Source: Candidatus Methylomirabilia bacterium
GTDB lineage: Bacteria; Methylomirabilota; Methylomirabilia; Rokubacteriales; CSP1-6
DNA: 64,000 nucleotides
Reading direction: 5' to 3'
Assembly: GCA_041496385.1 (NCBI GenBank)
Contig: JBGQEL010000002.1
Coordinates: 54,969-118,968 of the forward strand
Shown one piece after another: positions 48,448 through 60,146 of the stretch. The notes under the pieces are model-generated. The model was given only the letters and a program-made list of their open reading frames with translations. It was not told the DNA's origin and did not search any database. Numbering within the stretch: position 1 is the stretch's first letter; every line of letters starts with the position of its first letter. Position numbers and translations under genes: made by a program.

Positions 48448-49209
48448 TCACGCCGGGCTCTCGGGGACTGGCGCGGGGGCGGGCGGCGACTTCTTGCCGA
48501 AGATCCGGGCGCAGATGATCCCGATCTCGTAGAGCACGATGAGCGGGCCGGCCATCAGCGTCTGGTTGAACATGTCCGGCGTGGGCGTCAACACGGCTCC
48601 GGCGATGAACGCCCCGAGGATCGCGTACTTCCGGTTCTTTGCGAGCATCTTCGGCGTCACGATGCCGATCCGGGCGAGAATCGTGATGATGAGCGGCAGC
48701 TCGAAGACCGCGCCGAACGCCAGCGTGAATTTCAGCAGGAAGTCGATATAGCCGCCGATCGAGATCATCGCCTGCAGCCCCGGCCGCTCGTACGAGAGCA
48801 GGAACTGGATCGCGAACGGCGTCACGACCTTGAGCGCAAAGGCGCCGCCGCCGATGAACAGCAGCGAGCCGACGAAGACGAAGGGGCCCGCGTATTTCTT
48901 CTCGTGCGTGTGGAGCCCCGGCGAGATGAACTGCCACACCTGCCAGAGGATCAGGGGCGAGGCGATGAACAGGCCGGCGATCACGCCGATCTTCATCTGG
49001 ACCCAGAACGCCTCGGTGAGCGTGAGGAAGACGAGGCTTCGGTTCGTCTCGCGCACGGGCTTGACGAGGTAGTCCATGATCTGCTGGCTGAAGATCAGGG
49101 CAGGGACGAGGCCGACGAGGAGCGCGAAGAGACTGCGCATGATACGGGTGCGCAGCTCCCCGAGGTGATCCATGAAGGACATCTTGCTGTCGTCGACGGG
49201 GTCCGCCAT
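48448..49209 (-). CDS. tatC: Twin-arginine translocase subunit TatC
   Basis: DHLGELRTR, WQFISPGLHTHEKK, FELP, AVLTPTPD, LYEIGI. Confidence 0.96.
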   Translation of the reverse strand: MADPVDDSKMSFMDHLGELRTRIMRSLFALLVGLVPALIFSQQIMDYLVKPVRETNRSLVFLTLTEAFWVQMKIGVIAGLFIASPLILWQVWQFISPGLHTHEKKYAGPFVFVGSLLFIGGGAFALKVVTPFAIQFLLSYERPGLQAMISIGGYIDFLLKFTLAFGAVFELPLIITILARIGIVTPKMLAKNRKYAILGAFIAGAVLTPTPDMFNQTLMAGPLIVLYEIGIICARIFGKKSPPAPAPVPESPA

Positions 49210-49211
49210 GC

Positions 49212-50000
<789 letters not shown>

Positions 50001-50018
50001 AAACGATTGAAGTATACG

Positions 50019-50699
50019 TCAGTCGCCGCGGGGAATCACCAGCACGAACTCGCCGCGTACGCCCTGCGCCGCGAGCCGCGCCAGGTGCACGGCGGGCGGC
50101 GCGCACACGATCTCCTCGAACTTCTTCGTCAGCTCGCGCGCGACGACCAGCTCGACGTCGCCGAAGACCTCCCGGATCGCCTCCAACGTCGCGAGGATCC
50201 GGTGCGGCGACTCGTAGAGGACGACCGTCGTCTCGAGCGCCTTGAGGGCGGCGAGCCGGTTGAGCCGGCGGCCGGGCTTCACCGGCGGGAAGCCGTCGAA
50301 GACGAACCGGTCGGCCGGGATGCCCGCGGCCGAGAGGGCGGCGACGAGCGCCGACGGGCCCGGCACCGGCACGACGGGGATCCCGCGGGCGCGCGCCTCG
50401 CGCACCAGCAGGAAGCCGGGGTCCGAGATGCCGGGCGTGCCGGCGTCGGTCACCAGCGCGACGCTCTTCCCCTCCGCGAGCAGCCGGAGGAGCTGCGGGC
50501 CGCGCGCCAGCTTGTTGTGCTCGTAGTAGCTGAGCGTCGGCGTGTGGACGTCGAAGTGGGCGAGCAGCGCGCGCGTCCGGCGCGTGTCCTCGCAGGCGAC
50601 GACGGCGGCCTCCCGGAGCGCGCGTAGCGCGCGCAGGGTGATGTCCTCGAGGTTGCCGATGGGCGTGGCGACGACGAAGAGCGTGCCGCTCGGATTCAG
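50019..50699 (-). CDS. rsmI: 16S rRNA C1402 2'-O-methyltransferase (probable CTG start)
   Basis: One open frame: GTLFVVATPIGNLEDIT, CEDTRRT, DAGTPGISDPG, YESPHR, ARELTKKFEE; no in-frame ATG/GTG/TTG upstream of the first motif. Confidence 0.9.
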   Translation of the reverse strand: MNPSGTLFVVATPIGNLEDITLRALRALREAAVVACEDTRRTRALLAHFDVHTPTLSYYEHNKLARGPQLLRLLAEGKSVALVTDAGTPGISDPGFLLVREARARGIPVVPVPGPSALVAALSAAGIPADRFVFDGFPPVKPGRRLNRLAALKALETTVVLYESPHRILATLEAIREVFGDVELVVARELTKKFEEIVCAPPAVHLARLAAQGVRGEFVLVIPRGD

Positions 50700-50700
50700 G

Positions 50701-51948
50701 CTAGGCGGACTGTTCCTGCGCTTCGGACACGAGCAGCGGACGGTCGCGATTGACGATGACTTCGCGCGTGATGATGCATTCCTTCAGCCCCTGGATGGAG
50801 GGCAGATCGTACATGATTTCGAGCATGACCTCTTCGAGGATCGCCCGCAGCCCCCGCGCGCCCGTGCCCCGCTTGAGGGCCTCGTGCGCGATCGCCGCCA
50901 CCGCGTCCTCGGTGAACTTGAGGCGCACCTTCTCGAGATCGAAGTACTTCTGGTACTGCTTCACGATGGCGTTCTTCGGCTCCCTCAGGATACGGATCAG
51001 CGCCGCCTCGTCGAGGTCGTGCAAGGTCGCGATGACCGGCAGCCGCCCGACGAACTCCGGGATGAGTCCGTATTTCAGCAGATCCTCCGGTTGGATCATC
51101 GCCAGGAGTTCGCCCACACGGCGCTCCTCGCGGCTCTTGATCTCGGCGCCGAACCCCATGCCCGAGCGGCCCACGCGCGACTCGACGATCTTGTCGAGCC
51201 CGACGAACGCGCCGCCGCAGACGAAGAGCACGTTCGAGGTGTCGACCTGGATGAACTCCTGGTGCGGGTGCTTTCGGCCGCCCTGCGGCGGCACGTTCGC
51301 GACGGTGCCCTCGAGAATCTTCAGCAACGCCTGCTGGACGCCCTCACCGGACACGTCGCGGGTGATCGACGGATTCTCCGACTTCCGCGCTATTTTATCG
51401 ATCTCGTCGATATAGACGATGCCCCGTTCGGCTCTTTCGACGTCGTAGTCGGCAGCCTGGAGCAGTCTGAGGATGATATTTTCCACGTCCTCGCCGACGT
51501 ACCCGGCCTCCGTCAGCGTCGTCGCGTCGGCGATCGTGAAGGGCACGCGCAGCATCTTGGCGAGCGTCTGCGCGAGGAGCGTCTTGCCGGAGCCGGTCGG
51601 CCCGACCAGGAGGATGTTCGACTTCTGCAGCTCGACGTCGCCCGCCTCGTTCCCCGACTCGATCCGCTTGTAGTGGTTGTGGACGGCGACGGCCAGGATC
51701 TTCTTCGCCCGTTCCTGCCCGATCACGTACTGGTCGAGGACGTTCTTGATCTCGGCGGGCTTGGGGAGGGAGCGGATCTCCCGGCTCTTCTCCTCCTCCC
51801 ACTCCTCGGCGATGATGTCGTTGCAGAGCTCGATGCACTCGTCGCAGATGTAGACCGTCGGCCCGGCGATGAGCTTCCGCACGTCGTTCTGGCCCTTGCC
51901 GCAGAACGAGCACTTCAGCGTGCCGTTGCCTTCGCGCGGTTTGGCCAT
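50701..51948 (-). CDS. clpX: ATP-dependent Clp protease ATPase subunit
   Basis: CSFCGK..ICDECI zinc domain, [28 protein letters not shown]. Confidence 0.97.
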   Translation of the reverse strand: MAKPREGNGTLKCSFCGKGQNDVRKLIAGPTVYICDECIELCNDIIAEEWEEEKSREIRSLPKPAEIKNVLDQYVIGQERAKKILAVAVHNHYKRIESGNEAGDVELQKSNILLVGPTGSGKTLLAQTLAKMLRVPFTIADATTLTEAGYVGEDVENIILRLLQAADYDVERAERGIVYIDEIDKIARKSENPSITRDVSGEGVQQALLKILEGTVANVPPQGGRKHPHQEFIQVDTSNVLFVCGGAFVGLDKIVESRVGRSGMGFGAEIKSREERRVGELLAMIQPEDLLKYGLIPEFVGRLPVIATLHDLDEAALIRILREPKNAIVKQYQKYFDLEKVRLKFTEDAVAAIAHEALKRGTGARGLRAILEEVMLEIMYDLPSIQGLKECIITREVIVNRDRPLLVSEAQEQSA

Positions 51949-51955
51949 CCGCTCC

Positions 51956-52591
51956 CTACGTCGACGCCTGGCCGGCGAGGACCGTCGCCTCGCTCACCGC
52001 CCGGGTCGTCGGCTTCGACGAGATGACTTCGTCGACGATTCTATATTCCTTGGCCTGCTCGGCCGTCATGAAAAAGTCCCGGTCGGTGTCGCGCTGGATC
52101 TTCTCCATCGACTGCCCGGTGTGGTGGACCAGGATGCGGTTCAGCTCCTCCCGCATCCGGAGGATCTCCTTGGCCTGGATGTCGATGTCGGTCGCCTGGC
52201 CCTGCACGCCGCCCAGCGGCTGGTGGATCATGATCCGCGCGTGCGGCAGCGCGAAGCGCTTGCCCTTGGCGCCCGCGCAGAGCAGCAGCGCGCCCATCGA
52301 GGCCGCCTGCCCCATGCAGATCGTCGAGATCGCGGGCTTGACGTACTGCATGGTGTCGTAGATCGCCATCCCCGCCGTCACCGACCCGCCGGGCGAGTTG
52401 ATGTAGAGGTAGATGTCCTTGTCCGGATCCTCCGCCTCGAGGAACAGCATCTGGGCGATCACGAGATTCGCCAGCTCGTCCTCGATGAAGGTCGGCAGGA
52501 AGATGATCCGCTCCTTCAGCAGGCGGGAGAAGATATCGAACGCCCGCTCGCCGCGCGGCGTCTGCTCGATCACCATGGGCACCAGCGCCAT
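51956..52591 (-). CDS. clpP: Clp protease proteolytic subunit
   Basis: [46 protein letters not shown]. Confidence 0.97.
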   Translation of the reverse strand: MALVPMVIEQTPRGERAFDIFSRLLKERIIFLPTFIEDELANLVIAQMLFLEAEDPDKDIYLYINSPGGSVTAGMAIYDTMQYVKPAISTICMGQAASMGALLLCAGAKGKRFALPHARIMIHQPLGGVQGQATDIDIQAKEILRMREELNRILVHHTGQSMEKIQRDTDRDFFMTAEQAKEYRIVDEVISSKPTTRAVSEATVLAGQAST

Positions 52592-52611
52592 CGTCCGTCT
52601 CCTTGCGTTGG

Positions 52612-53877
52612 TCATTGGATCCTCGCGTGGCTGACGAGCATCTCGAGCGTCATCCGGTCGCGCAGGCCGTGCCGGAGCGCTTCAAGGTCCCCGCTCTTCT
52701 CCATCATACGCCGGATGGCCGGCCCCGGCCGCTGGCTCGCCTGGGCGATCTGATCCACCTCGGCGTCGACGTCGGTGTCGCCCGGCGCGATGCCGTCGCG
52801 CTCCGCGATCGCCTCGAGCAGGAGCGCGCGCCGGACCGCCTTCTCGGCCGCCGGCCGGAGCTCGGCTCTCATCTTCGTGTAGTCCCAGGGGATCTTGTCG
52901 GGATCGACCCCCTGCCGGCGCAGGCCCTCGCGGGTGTGCTCGATCTGGTGCTCGACCTGACGCCTGACCATCGAGTCCGGGACGGTGAAGGCGTGCTGCG
53001 CGAGGACGGCGTCCACGACCTTGTCCTGGAGCGCGCGCGTCTCGTCGTGCCGGCGCCGCGTCTCGAGCTGCTTCAGCACCTCGGCGCGCAACGCCACGAG
53101 CGACTCGAACTCGCCGAGTGACTTCGCGAAGTCGTCGTCGAGGGCCGGCAGGATCTTCTCCTTCACCTCGACCACCTTGACGGTCGCCGTGCCGCTCTTG
53201 CCCCGCAGCGCCTCGCGCCGGTGGTCGTCGGCGAAGCGGAACGGGACCTCCCGTTCCTCGCCCGCGCGCATGCCGACGACGGCCTGGTCGATCTCGGGGA
53301 GGACGCTGCCGGCGCCCACCCGGAACTCGTAGCCCGACTGGCGCGAGGGCTCCTCGCCCTCGATCGCGAGCGTGTAGTCGACGACGAGCAGGTCGCCCGG
53401 CGCCGCGGCCCGCTCCACCGCGCGGAACTGGGCCTGCTGCTCGCGCATGTGCAGGAGCGTCTCGTCCACGTCCTCGCCGGTGACCGGCTTGGTCTGGTGC
53501 TCGACGCCGACGCCCTTGTACTCGCCCAGCTCGATCGTCGGCTTGACCTCGACGACGGCGACGAAGGAGAGCGGCGCGCCCTCCTCGAGCTTGACGTCCC
53601 GGAGGACGGGCTCGTCCACGGGACTCAGGCGCGCCTCGCTGATCGCGCGCCGGTAGACGTCCGGGATGAGATGATCGGCGACCTCGCGAAGGACGTCGTG
53701 GGCGAAGTGCACCTTGACGAGCGAGCGCGGCACGTGGCCCTTCCGGAATCCCGGCAGGCGCGCCTGCTTCTGCACGCGGCCGTAGGCGCGTTCCCACTCC
53801 TGGCGCACGACCTCCGCGGGCGCCTCGACCGCCAGGCGCCGCTTGCAGCCCTCGATCTGCTCGACTTCGACCTTCAT
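52612..53877 (-). CDS. tig: Trigger factor
   Basis: [10 protein letters not shown] ribosome-binding motif, FKBP-like middle, LDDDFAK; precedes clpP-clpX. Confidence 0.95.
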   Translation of the reverse strand: MKVEVEQIEGCKRRLAVEAPAEVVRQEWERAYGRVQKQARLPGFRKGHVPRSLVKVHFAHDVLREVADHLIPDVYRRAISEARLSPVDEPVLRDVKLEEGAPLSFVAVVEVKPTIELGEYKGVGVEHQTKPVTGEDVDETLLHMREQQAQFRAVERAAAPGDLLVVDYTLAIEGEEPSRQSGYEFRVGAGSVLPEIDQAVVGMRAGEEREVPFRFADDHRREALRGKSGTATVKVVEVKEKILPALDDDFAKSLGEFESLVALRAEVLKQLETRRRHDETRALQDKVVDAVLAQHAFTVPDSMVRRQVEHQIEHTREGLRRQGVDPDKIPWDYTKMRAELRPAAEKAVRRALLLEAIAERDGIAPGDTDVDAEVDQIAQASQRPGPAIRRMMEKSGDLEALRHGLRDRMTLEMLVSHARIQ

Positions 53878-53893
53878 CACTTCACTCCCGAGT

Positions 53894-53983
53894 TGGTGCG
53901 AGAGGGGGGAGTCGAACCCCCACGGGTCTGCGAGACCCTCTGGATCCTAAGTCCAGCGCGTCTGCCAGTTTCGCCACTCTCGC
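53894..53983 (-). tRNA. tRNA-Leu (anticodon TAG)
   Basis: GCGAGAG..TGGCAGACGCG CTGGA-CTTAGGA-TCCAG, long variable arm, GGTTCGACTCC, CTCTCGC-ACCA; usual position upstream of tig. Confidence 0.96.
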
Positions 53984-54078
53984 GGGAATTGCGATCGGAT
54001 CGCGACCGCAGGACGCAGCATACCACCGATCCCCGCGATTCCGAGCGGGGGGCCCGGGGGCCCGGCTATCCTACGCTC

Positions 54079-54993
54079 ATGGCGCCGAGCGTGGCGGTGA
54101 CGGGCTCGACCGGCCTCGTGGGCGCGGCGCTGACCGTCGCGCTCGCGCGCGGCGGGCACCGCGTCGTCCGCCTCGTGCGGTCCGGCACGGCCACGCAGGC
54201 TCCCGGCGAGCACACCGTCCGCTGGGACCCCGGCCGCGGCACGATCGACGCGGCCGGGCTCGAGGGCGTCGACGCCGTCGTGCACCTCGCGGGCGAGAGC
54301 ATCGCGAGCGGCCGCTGGACCGCGGCGAAGCGCCGCCGCATCCGCGACAGCCGCGTCGGCGCGACGCGCGTGCTCGCCGAGGCGCTGGCGCGGCTCGAGC
54401 GCCCGCCGGCCACGCTCGTCGCCGCCTCCGCCGTCGGCTACTACGGCGACCGCGGCGACGAGGTCCTGCGCGAGGAGAGCGCGCCGGGCGGCGGCTTCCT
54501 CGCCGACGTCTGCCGCGAGTGGGAGGCGGCGGCCGCACCCGCCGCGCGCCGCGGCCTGCGCGTCGTCCACATGAGGATCGGCATGGTGCTCGCGGCCACG
54601 GGCGGCGCGCTCGCGGCCCTGCTGCCGCCCTTCCGCCTGGGTCTGGGCGGGCCCGTGGGCTCTGGACGTCAGTGGATGAGCTGGATCTCGCTCGACGACC
54701 TCGTGCGCGCGATCCTCCACGCCCTCGCGACCGCGTCCCTGGCCGGTCCGATCAACGCCGTCGCCCCGGCGCCCGTCACGAACCGCGAGTTCGCCAGGAC
54801 GCTCGGCCGGGTCCTCCGCCGGCCGGCGGTCCTCCCCCTGCCCGCGGGCGCCGCGCGCCTGCTCCTCGGCCGGATGGCGGACGAGCTGCTGCTCGCGAGC
54901 GCGCGCGTCGTGCCCGCGCGCCTCGAGGCGGCGGGCTTCACGTTCGGCGACGCGACGCTCGAGCGCGCGCTGCGGCGGTTGCTCGCCCGCTGA
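54079..54993 (+). CDS. TIGR01777 family NAD-dependent epimerase/oxidoreductase
   Basis: TGSTGLVG, VHLAGESI..RWT, ASAVGYYG, GSGRQWMSWI. Confidence 0.92.
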   Translation: MAPSVAVTGSTGLVGAALTVALARGGHRVVRLVRSGTATQAPGEHTVRWDPGRGTIDAAGLEGVDAVVHLAGESIASGRWTAAKRRRIRDSRVGATRVLAEALARLERPPATLVAASAVGYYGDRGDEVLREESAPGGGFLADVCREWEAAAAPAARRGLRVVHMRIGMVLAATGGALAALLPPFRLGLGGPVGSGRQWMSWISLDDLVRAILHALATASLAGPINAVAPAPVTNREFARTLGRVLRRPAVLPLPAGAARLLLGRMADELLLASARVVPARLEAAGFTFGDATLERALRRLLAR

Positions 54994-55028
54994 GGAGCGC
55001 TCGCGTGCGCGACGGGCTATGATGGGGC

Positions 55029-56420
55029 ATGGCCAACGCCGGAACCGTCCGAGAGCTCAGAGACAGCGGGTACCAGACCAAGCCGGTCAAGCAGGAGCTG
55101 CGTGACAACCTGATCGCGCGCCTCCGGCGCGGCGAGCCGATCTTCCCGGGAATCGTCGGCTTCGAGGAGAGCGTCCTCCCGCAGATCGAGAACGCGATCC
55201 TCTCCGGCCAGGACATCGTCTTCCTGGGCGAGCGCGGCCAGGCGAAGACACGGATGGCGCGCCTGCTCGTCGAGCTGCTCGACGAGGCGGTGCCCGCGCT
55301 CGCGGGCTGCGAGATCAACGACGATCCCTTCGCGCCGATCTGCGCCGCCTGCCGCGCGCGCCTCGCCGAGAAGGGCGACGCGGCGCCCCTCGTCTGGCTC
55401 CCGCGCGACCGGCGGTACGGCGAAAAGCTCGCCACGCCAGACATCACCATCGCCGACCTCATCGGCGAGGTGGACCCGATCCGGGTCGCCGAGGGCCGGT
55501 ACCTCTCCGACGAGCTCACGATCCACTACGGGCTCCTGCCGCGGACCAACCGCGGTGTCTTCGCGATCAACGAGCTCCCCGACCTCGCCGAGCGGATCCA
55601 GGTCGGCCTCCTCAACATCATGGAGGAGCGCGACGTCCAGATCCGCGGGTACAAGGTCCGCCTGCCGCTCGACCTGTACGTCGTCGCGAGCGCCAACCCG
55701 GAGGACTACACGAACCGCGGGCGGATCATCACGCCGCTGAAGGACCGCTTCGGCTCGCAGATCCGCACCCACTATCCGCGGAAGCTCGACCACGAGATCG
55801 CGATCATGGAGGCCGAGCTGACGCGCTTCCCCGTGGACGGCGTGACCACGCACGCCCCCGGCTACATGAAGCAGGTCATCGCCGAGCTGACGCACCTGGC
55901 GCGCCGCTCGACGGAGATCAGCCAGCGCTCGGGCGTCTCCGTGCGCGTGACCATCTGCAACTACGAGAACCTCCTGTCGAGCGCGCTCAAGCGCGCGATC
56001 CGCCTCGGCGAGCGCGACGCCGCGCCACGGGTCAGCGATCTCGGCGCCATCATCGCCTCGACCAGCGGCAAGATCGAGCTGGAGACCCTCGGCGACCAGA
56101 GCGACGACAAGGTGCTCGCCAAGCTGCTGCACCGCGCGATCCTGAACGTCTTCAACAGGAGCTTCGGCGCGGGCGAGCTCGACGAGGTCGTGGCGGCGTT
56201 CCAGGGCGGCCTCAACGTCACGGTGGCCGACACCATGCCCTCGGCGGAGTACGTGAAGCGGGTCGAGGCGGCGCGGCCGCTCCAGGCCGCGGTGCGGAAG
56301 CTCGGCGCGGGCGACCCCGCGACGACGGCCTCGGCGCTCGAGTTCCTGCTCGAGGGGCTCCACCTGAACAAGAAGCTGAACAAGGACGTCCAGGCCGGCC
56401 ACCAGCGGTACCGGAGCTAG
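55029..56420 (+). CDS. Mg-chelatase-like AAA+ ATPase
   Basis: GERGQAKT, EKLATPD, INELPDL, ANPEDYTNRGRIITPLKDR. Confidence 0.88.
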   Translation: MANAGTVRELRDSGYQTKPVKQELRDNLIARLRRGEPIFPGIVGFEESVLPQIENAILSGQDIVFLGERGQAKTRMARLLVELLDEAVPALAGCEINDDPFAPICAACRARLAEKGDAAPLVWLPRDRRYGEKLATPDITIADLIGEVDPIRVAEGRYLSDELTIHYGLLPRTNRGVFAINELPDLAERIQVGLLNIMEERDVQIRGYKVRLPLDLYVVASANPEDYTNRGRIITPLKDRFGSQIRTHYPRKLDHEIAIMEAELTRFPVDGVTTHAPGYMKQVIAELTHLARRSTEISQRSGVSVRVTICNYENLLSSALKRAIRLGERDAAPRVSDLGAIIASTSGKIELETLGDQSDDKVLAKLLHRAILNVFNRSFGAGELDEVVAAFQGGLNVTVADTMPSAEYVKRVEAARPLQAAVRKLGAGDPATTASALEFLLEGLHLNKKLNKDVQAGHQRYRS

Positions 56421-56427
56421 GCGGGGC

Positions 56428-58383
56428 ATGCGCATCCGCTACTCGCGCTGGGACGGATCGCAGAAGCTCGACGACCTCGACGCCGACGACCTGCTCTCGG
56501 CGATGTCCGACGACCTCCTGACCGACGGCGACCTGGCGCGCGCGATGCGCCGGCTCTTCCAGCGCGGCGCGCGGCGGCCCGACGGCCAGCCGGTGCCCGG
56601 ACTTCAAGACTTGCTGCAGCGGCTGCGCCGGCAGCGCCAGCAACGGCTCGACCGCTACGACCTCGGCTCGGCGCTCGACGACATCCAGCGGAAGCTCGAC
56701 GACGTGCTTCGGACCGAGCGGGAGGGCGTCGAGCGGCGCGTCCCGGACGCGGGCGAGCGCGCGAGCAAGCTCCAGAAGCTCGACCAGCTCCCGCCCGATC
56801 CCGCCGGCCGGATCCGTGAGCTGCAGCAGCACGATTTCACCGAGCCCGAGGCCAAGCGCAAGTTCGACGAGCTGCTGAAATCGCTCCAGCAGCAGATGCT
56901 GAAGCCGTTCGTCCAGGGGATGCAGCAGGCCCTCCAGAACCTGACGCCCGACGACCTCAAGCGCATGCGCGAGATGATGCGCGACCTCAACCGCATGCTC
57001 CGCCAGCGGCTCGAGGGCGAGGAGCCCGACTTCCAGGCGTTCATGGACAAGTGGGGCGGGCAATTTCCGGGCGTCGAGAGCCTCGACGAGCTGCTCGAGC
57101 GGATGGCGCAGCAGATGGCCCAGCTCCAGTCGCTCATGGAGAGCCTCTCGCCCGGGCAGCGCGAGCAGATCCAGGGTCTGATGAGCGCGCTCTTCCTCCA
57201 GGACGAGCGGCTCGAGGCCGAGATGCGCCAGCTCGCGCAGAGCCTCGGCGAGCTCCTGCCGATCGACGAGATGAGCCGCCGCTACGACTTCCGCGGTGAC
57301 GAGCAGGTCGGCATGCGCGAGGCCATGCAGCTCATGGACGAGCTGCAGCAGATGGACCAGCTCGAGCGCGAGCTCCGCGGCGTCGAGGACGCGGGCGACC
57401 TCGAGCAGATCGACCCGGAGAAGGTCGGCCGGCTCCTCGGCGAGGAGAGCCAGCGCGATCTCGACCGGCTCCGGGAGCTGACGAAAAAGCTCGAGGAGGC
57501 CGGCTACCTCGAGCGGAAGGGCGACCACCTGACGCTGACCGCGCGCGCCATCCGCAAGATCGGCGACAAGGCGCTCGGCGACATCTTCGCCGTGCTCAAG
57601 CGCGACCGCTTCGGCCGCCACGCCGTCAGCCGCCGCGGCGCGGGCGGCGACCGCACCGACGAGGCCAAGCGCTACGAGTTCGGCGACCCCTTCCTGCTCG
57701 ATCTCCGCGAGACGCTCATGAACGCGGTCGAGCGGAACGGGCCGGGCACGCCGGTCGCGCTGGCGCCGGCCGACTTCGAGGTCTACCGCACGGAGCTCTC
57801 GACGCGCGCGGCCACCGTCGTGATGATCGACATGAGTCGCTCGATGCTCAACAACGGCTACTTCCTGCCGGCCAAGAAGGTCGCGCTCGCGCTGACGTCG
57901 CTCATCCGCGGCCAGTTCCCGCGCGACAGCCTGCACATCGTCGGCTTCTCGCTCTACGCGCGCGAGTTCAAGCCCGAGCAGCTCCCGACGCTCTCGTGGA
58001 CCGAGTGGAACGTGGGCACCAACATGCACCACGGCTTCCAGGTCGCGCGCCAGCTTCTCGCGCGCGGCGCGCACGGCGGGAACAAGCAGATCATCATGGT
58101 GACTGACGGCGAGCCGACGGCGCACATGGAGGGCGGCGAGGCCGAGTTTTCCTACCCGCCCACGCGGCGCACGCTCGAGGAGACGCTCAAGGAAGTGAAG
58201 CGCTGCACGCGCGACGGGATCACGATCAACACCTTCATGCTCGAGCGGAGCCCGATGCTCGCCGCGTTCGTCGAGCAGATGGCGCGCATCAACCGCGGCC
58301 GCGCCTTCTTTTCGGCGCCGGAGCGCCTCGGCGAGTACGTGCTGGTGGACTACGTCAGCTCGAAGCGCCGGGCCATCTCCTGA
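56428..58383 (+). CDS. VWA-domain partner of the AAA+ ATPase
   Basis: RYSRWDG, long helical region, MIDAS DMSRSM..GTN..TDGEPTAH. Confidence 0.88.
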   Translation: MRIRYSRWDGSQKLDDLDADDLLSAMSDDLLTDGDLARAMRRLFQRGARRPDGQPVPGLQDLLQRLRRQRQQRLDRYDLGSALDDIQRKLDDVLRTEREGVERRVPDAGERASKLQKLDQLPPDPAGRIRELQQHDFTEPEAKRKFDELLKSLQQQMLKPFVQGMQQALQNLTPDDLKRMREMMRDLNRMLRQRLEGEEPDFQAFMDKWGGQFPGVESLDELLERMAQQMAQLQSLMESLSPGQREQIQGLMSALFLQDERLEAEMRQLAQSLGELLPIDEMSRRYDFRGDEQVGMREAMQLMDELQQMDQLERELRGVEDAGDLEQIDPEKVGRLLGEESQRDLDRLRELTKKLEEAGYLERKGDHLTLTARAIRKIGDKALGDIFAVLKRDRFGRHAVSRRGAGGDRTDEAKRYEFGDPFLLDLRETLMNAVERNGPGTPVALAPADFEVYRTELSTRAATVVMIDMSRSMLNNGYFLPAKKVALALTSLIRGQFPRDSLHIVGFSLYAREFKPEQLPTLSWTEWNVGTNMHHGFQVARQLLARGAHGGNKQIIMVTDGEPTAHMEGGEAEFSYPPTRRTLEETLKEVKRCTRDGITINTFMLERSPMLAAFVEQMARINRGRAFFSAPERLGEYVLVDYVSSKRRAIS

Positions 58384-58407
58384 CCCGCTGAAGACCGCCG
58401 CCGCGCG

Positions 58408-58749
58408 TCAGCGCGGCGCGGGATCGAGCACGACGGCGGTCCCGTAGGCGAGAACCTCGGTGACTCCCGGCCCGACCTCGTTGGCGTCGTACCGGACGCC
58501 GATCACCGCGTTGGCGCCGAGCTGCGCGGCGTGGCGCAGCATCAGGTCGAAGGCCTCCAGTCGTGCGCGCTCGCAAAGCTGCGTGTACAGCGTGATGTTG
58601 CCGCCGAACAGCGTCTGAAGCGACGCGCCCAGCGTGCCGATGATACTGCGCGAGCGCACCGTGATCCCGCGGACGATGCCCCGCTGCGCCGCGACGCGAT
58701 AGCCGTCGAAGCCGAACGTCGTCGTGGCCCACCTCGGGTCGATCGTCAT
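58408..58749 (-). CDS. YbjQ/UPF0145 family protein
   Basis: AAGGAG RBS; GIVRGITVRSR, GANAVIGVRYD, EVLAYGTAV. Confidence 0.9.
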   Translation of the reverse strand: MTIDPRWATTTFGFDGYRVAAQRGIVRGITVRSRSIIGTLGASLQTLFGGNITLYTQLCERARLEAFDLMLRHAAQLGANAVIGVRYDANEVGPGVTEVLAYGTAVVLDPAPR

Positions 58750-58796
58750 GTGCGCTCTCCTTTTCGGCCCCCGGTCGCTCGCGCGCGAGTCCGGCG

Positions 58797-59816
58797 TCAG
58801 CGGGGCGGCGCCAGCGCGCTCAGGTGGGGCATGACCTCCGCGGTGAAGAGGTCGATCGACGACGACGCCTCGGCCTCGCTCATGTTGCCGAACATCAGCC
58901 GGCAGACGAGGTAGGTGCACTCGCTCGCCGCGACCTCGCGCTCCAGCTCCTGCCGCACGCGGGCGGGCGTGCCCGCGATGGCGAGGCCGCGCTGGCGCGC
59001 CTCGTCGAAATCGCGGGCGAAGCGGACGGGCATCGCGCCGAAGTCCCGCCAGAGCTTGGTCAGGTTCGCGAACCACGCGGCGTAGTTCGGCCGGGCCAGG
59101 GCCTCGGCCTGCGCGTCCGTGGGCGCCACGACGACGTGACGTCCGATGCCGAGCTTCGGCATCGGCGTGCCGCCGTGCTTGCGCTGCCAGGTCTCGCGGT
59201 AGCGGTCGAAGAGCTGCGTCACGCCCTGACTCGGGGTGTTCGTGATCACGTGCACCTTGTTGGTCGCCGCCCACTCGGCGCCCGCGAGGTGGCCGAGGCC
59301 GTACCAGAGCGGCGGGTGCGGCGTCTGGAACGGGCGGAGGACCATCGGCACCTTGCGGAAGGTGTAGCGCGGCCCGCGATGGTCGAGCACGTCGCTCGTG
59401 AGTCCCTGGAGCACGATCTCCAGCGTCTCCCGGTAGATCTCCTCGGTTTCCAGATGATGGAGGTCGAAGTACGCCATCTCGTACGGCACGATCCCCCGGC
59501 CGACGCCGAAGTCGAAGCGCCCGCGCGAGAGCTGGTCGAGCATGCAGACCTCTTCGATGAGCCGGAGTGGATTGTAGAGCGGCAGACAGTACACGCAGGG
59601 CCCCAGGCGGATCCGGCGGGTCCGCTGGGTCGCGGCGGCGAGGAAGATGCCCGGCATCGGCGCGAGCCCGAGCGGCGTGGCGTGATGCTCGGCGAGGTGA
59701 TAGGCGCTGAAGCCGGCCGTGTCGTACTTCACCAGGAGGCGCAGCCGGCTCTCGTAGAACTCGTCCAGCGGGACTCCCTCCCGCCGGTCCATATGGTCGA
59801 AGATTCCGAGATCCAT
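58797..59816 (-). CDS. LLM-class flavin-dependent oxidoreductase
   Basis: YHLAEHH, LPLYNPLRLIEE..LDQLSRGR..GVGRG, PFQTPHPPLW. Confidence 0.92.
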   Translation of the reverse strand: MDLGIFDHMDRREGVPLDEFYESRLRLLVKYDTAGFSAYHLAEHHATPLGLAPMPGIFLAAATQRTRRIRLGPCVYCLPLYNPLRLIEEVCMLDQLSRGRFDFGVGRGIVPYEMAYFDLHHLETEEIYRETLEIVLQGLTSDVLDHRGPRYTFRKVPMVLRPFQTPHPPLWYGLGHLAGAEWAATNKVHVITNTPSQGVTQLFDRYRETWQRKHGGTPMPKLGIGRHVVVAPTDAQAEALARPNYAAWFANLTKLWRDFGAMPVRFARDFDEARQRGLAIAGTPARVRQELEREVAASECTYLVCRLMFGNMSEAEASSSIDLFTAEVMPHLSALAPPR

Positions 59817-59848
59817 GGCGCCCGAAGAATACCAGCAAGTCGAAGCCC

Positions 59849-59877
59849 TTGACGAGACCGCGTCCAGGCGGGACACT
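59849..59877 (+). promoter_or_regulatory. Possible sigma70-like promoter
   Basis: TTGACG-N17-GACACT, 11 nt before ATG 59889. Confidence 0.4.
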
Positions 59878-59888
59878 CACGAATCACG

Positions 59889-60146
59889 ATGCCCCGTCAT
59901 GTGTTCGTCGTCGCGCGTGACAGCGCCTACCTCGCGGGCTACCTCCGCGACCGGTTCAAGGACAGGCCCGAGGTCGAGATCGTGATGGACCGGCGGCGGG
60001 GGGAGCGACGACGCGAGAAGGCGGAGGCGGCCGAGGCGGCGCCGGACCGCCGCGGCTCGGATCGCCGAGCGCGGCCCACCGTGGACGAGGAGCTTCGTCT
60101 GTCCTCCTGCGTCTTCGTGACGCTGCCCAAGTCGGAGGACGTGTGA
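59889..60146 (+). CDS. Small hypothetical protein with repeated (D/E)RR motifs
   Basis: VEIVMDRRRGERRR...DRRGSDRRARP; coupled (GTGA) to a PilZ gene. Confidence 0.75.
   Translation: MPRHVFVVARDSAYLAGYLRDRFKDRPEVEIVMDRRRGERRREKAEAAEAAPDRRGSDRRARPTVDEELRLSSCVFVTLPKSEDV

Noticed and set aside
53894..54080. tRNA-Leu as an integration site for an island
   Set aside because: No integrase or duplicated tRNA 3' end; tig follows directly.
55029..58383. AAA+/VWA pair as true Mg-chelatase or as CoxD/CoxE for the Mo enzymes
   Set aside because: A widespread pair; no chelatase H subunit, and it lies 30 kb from the Mo genes.
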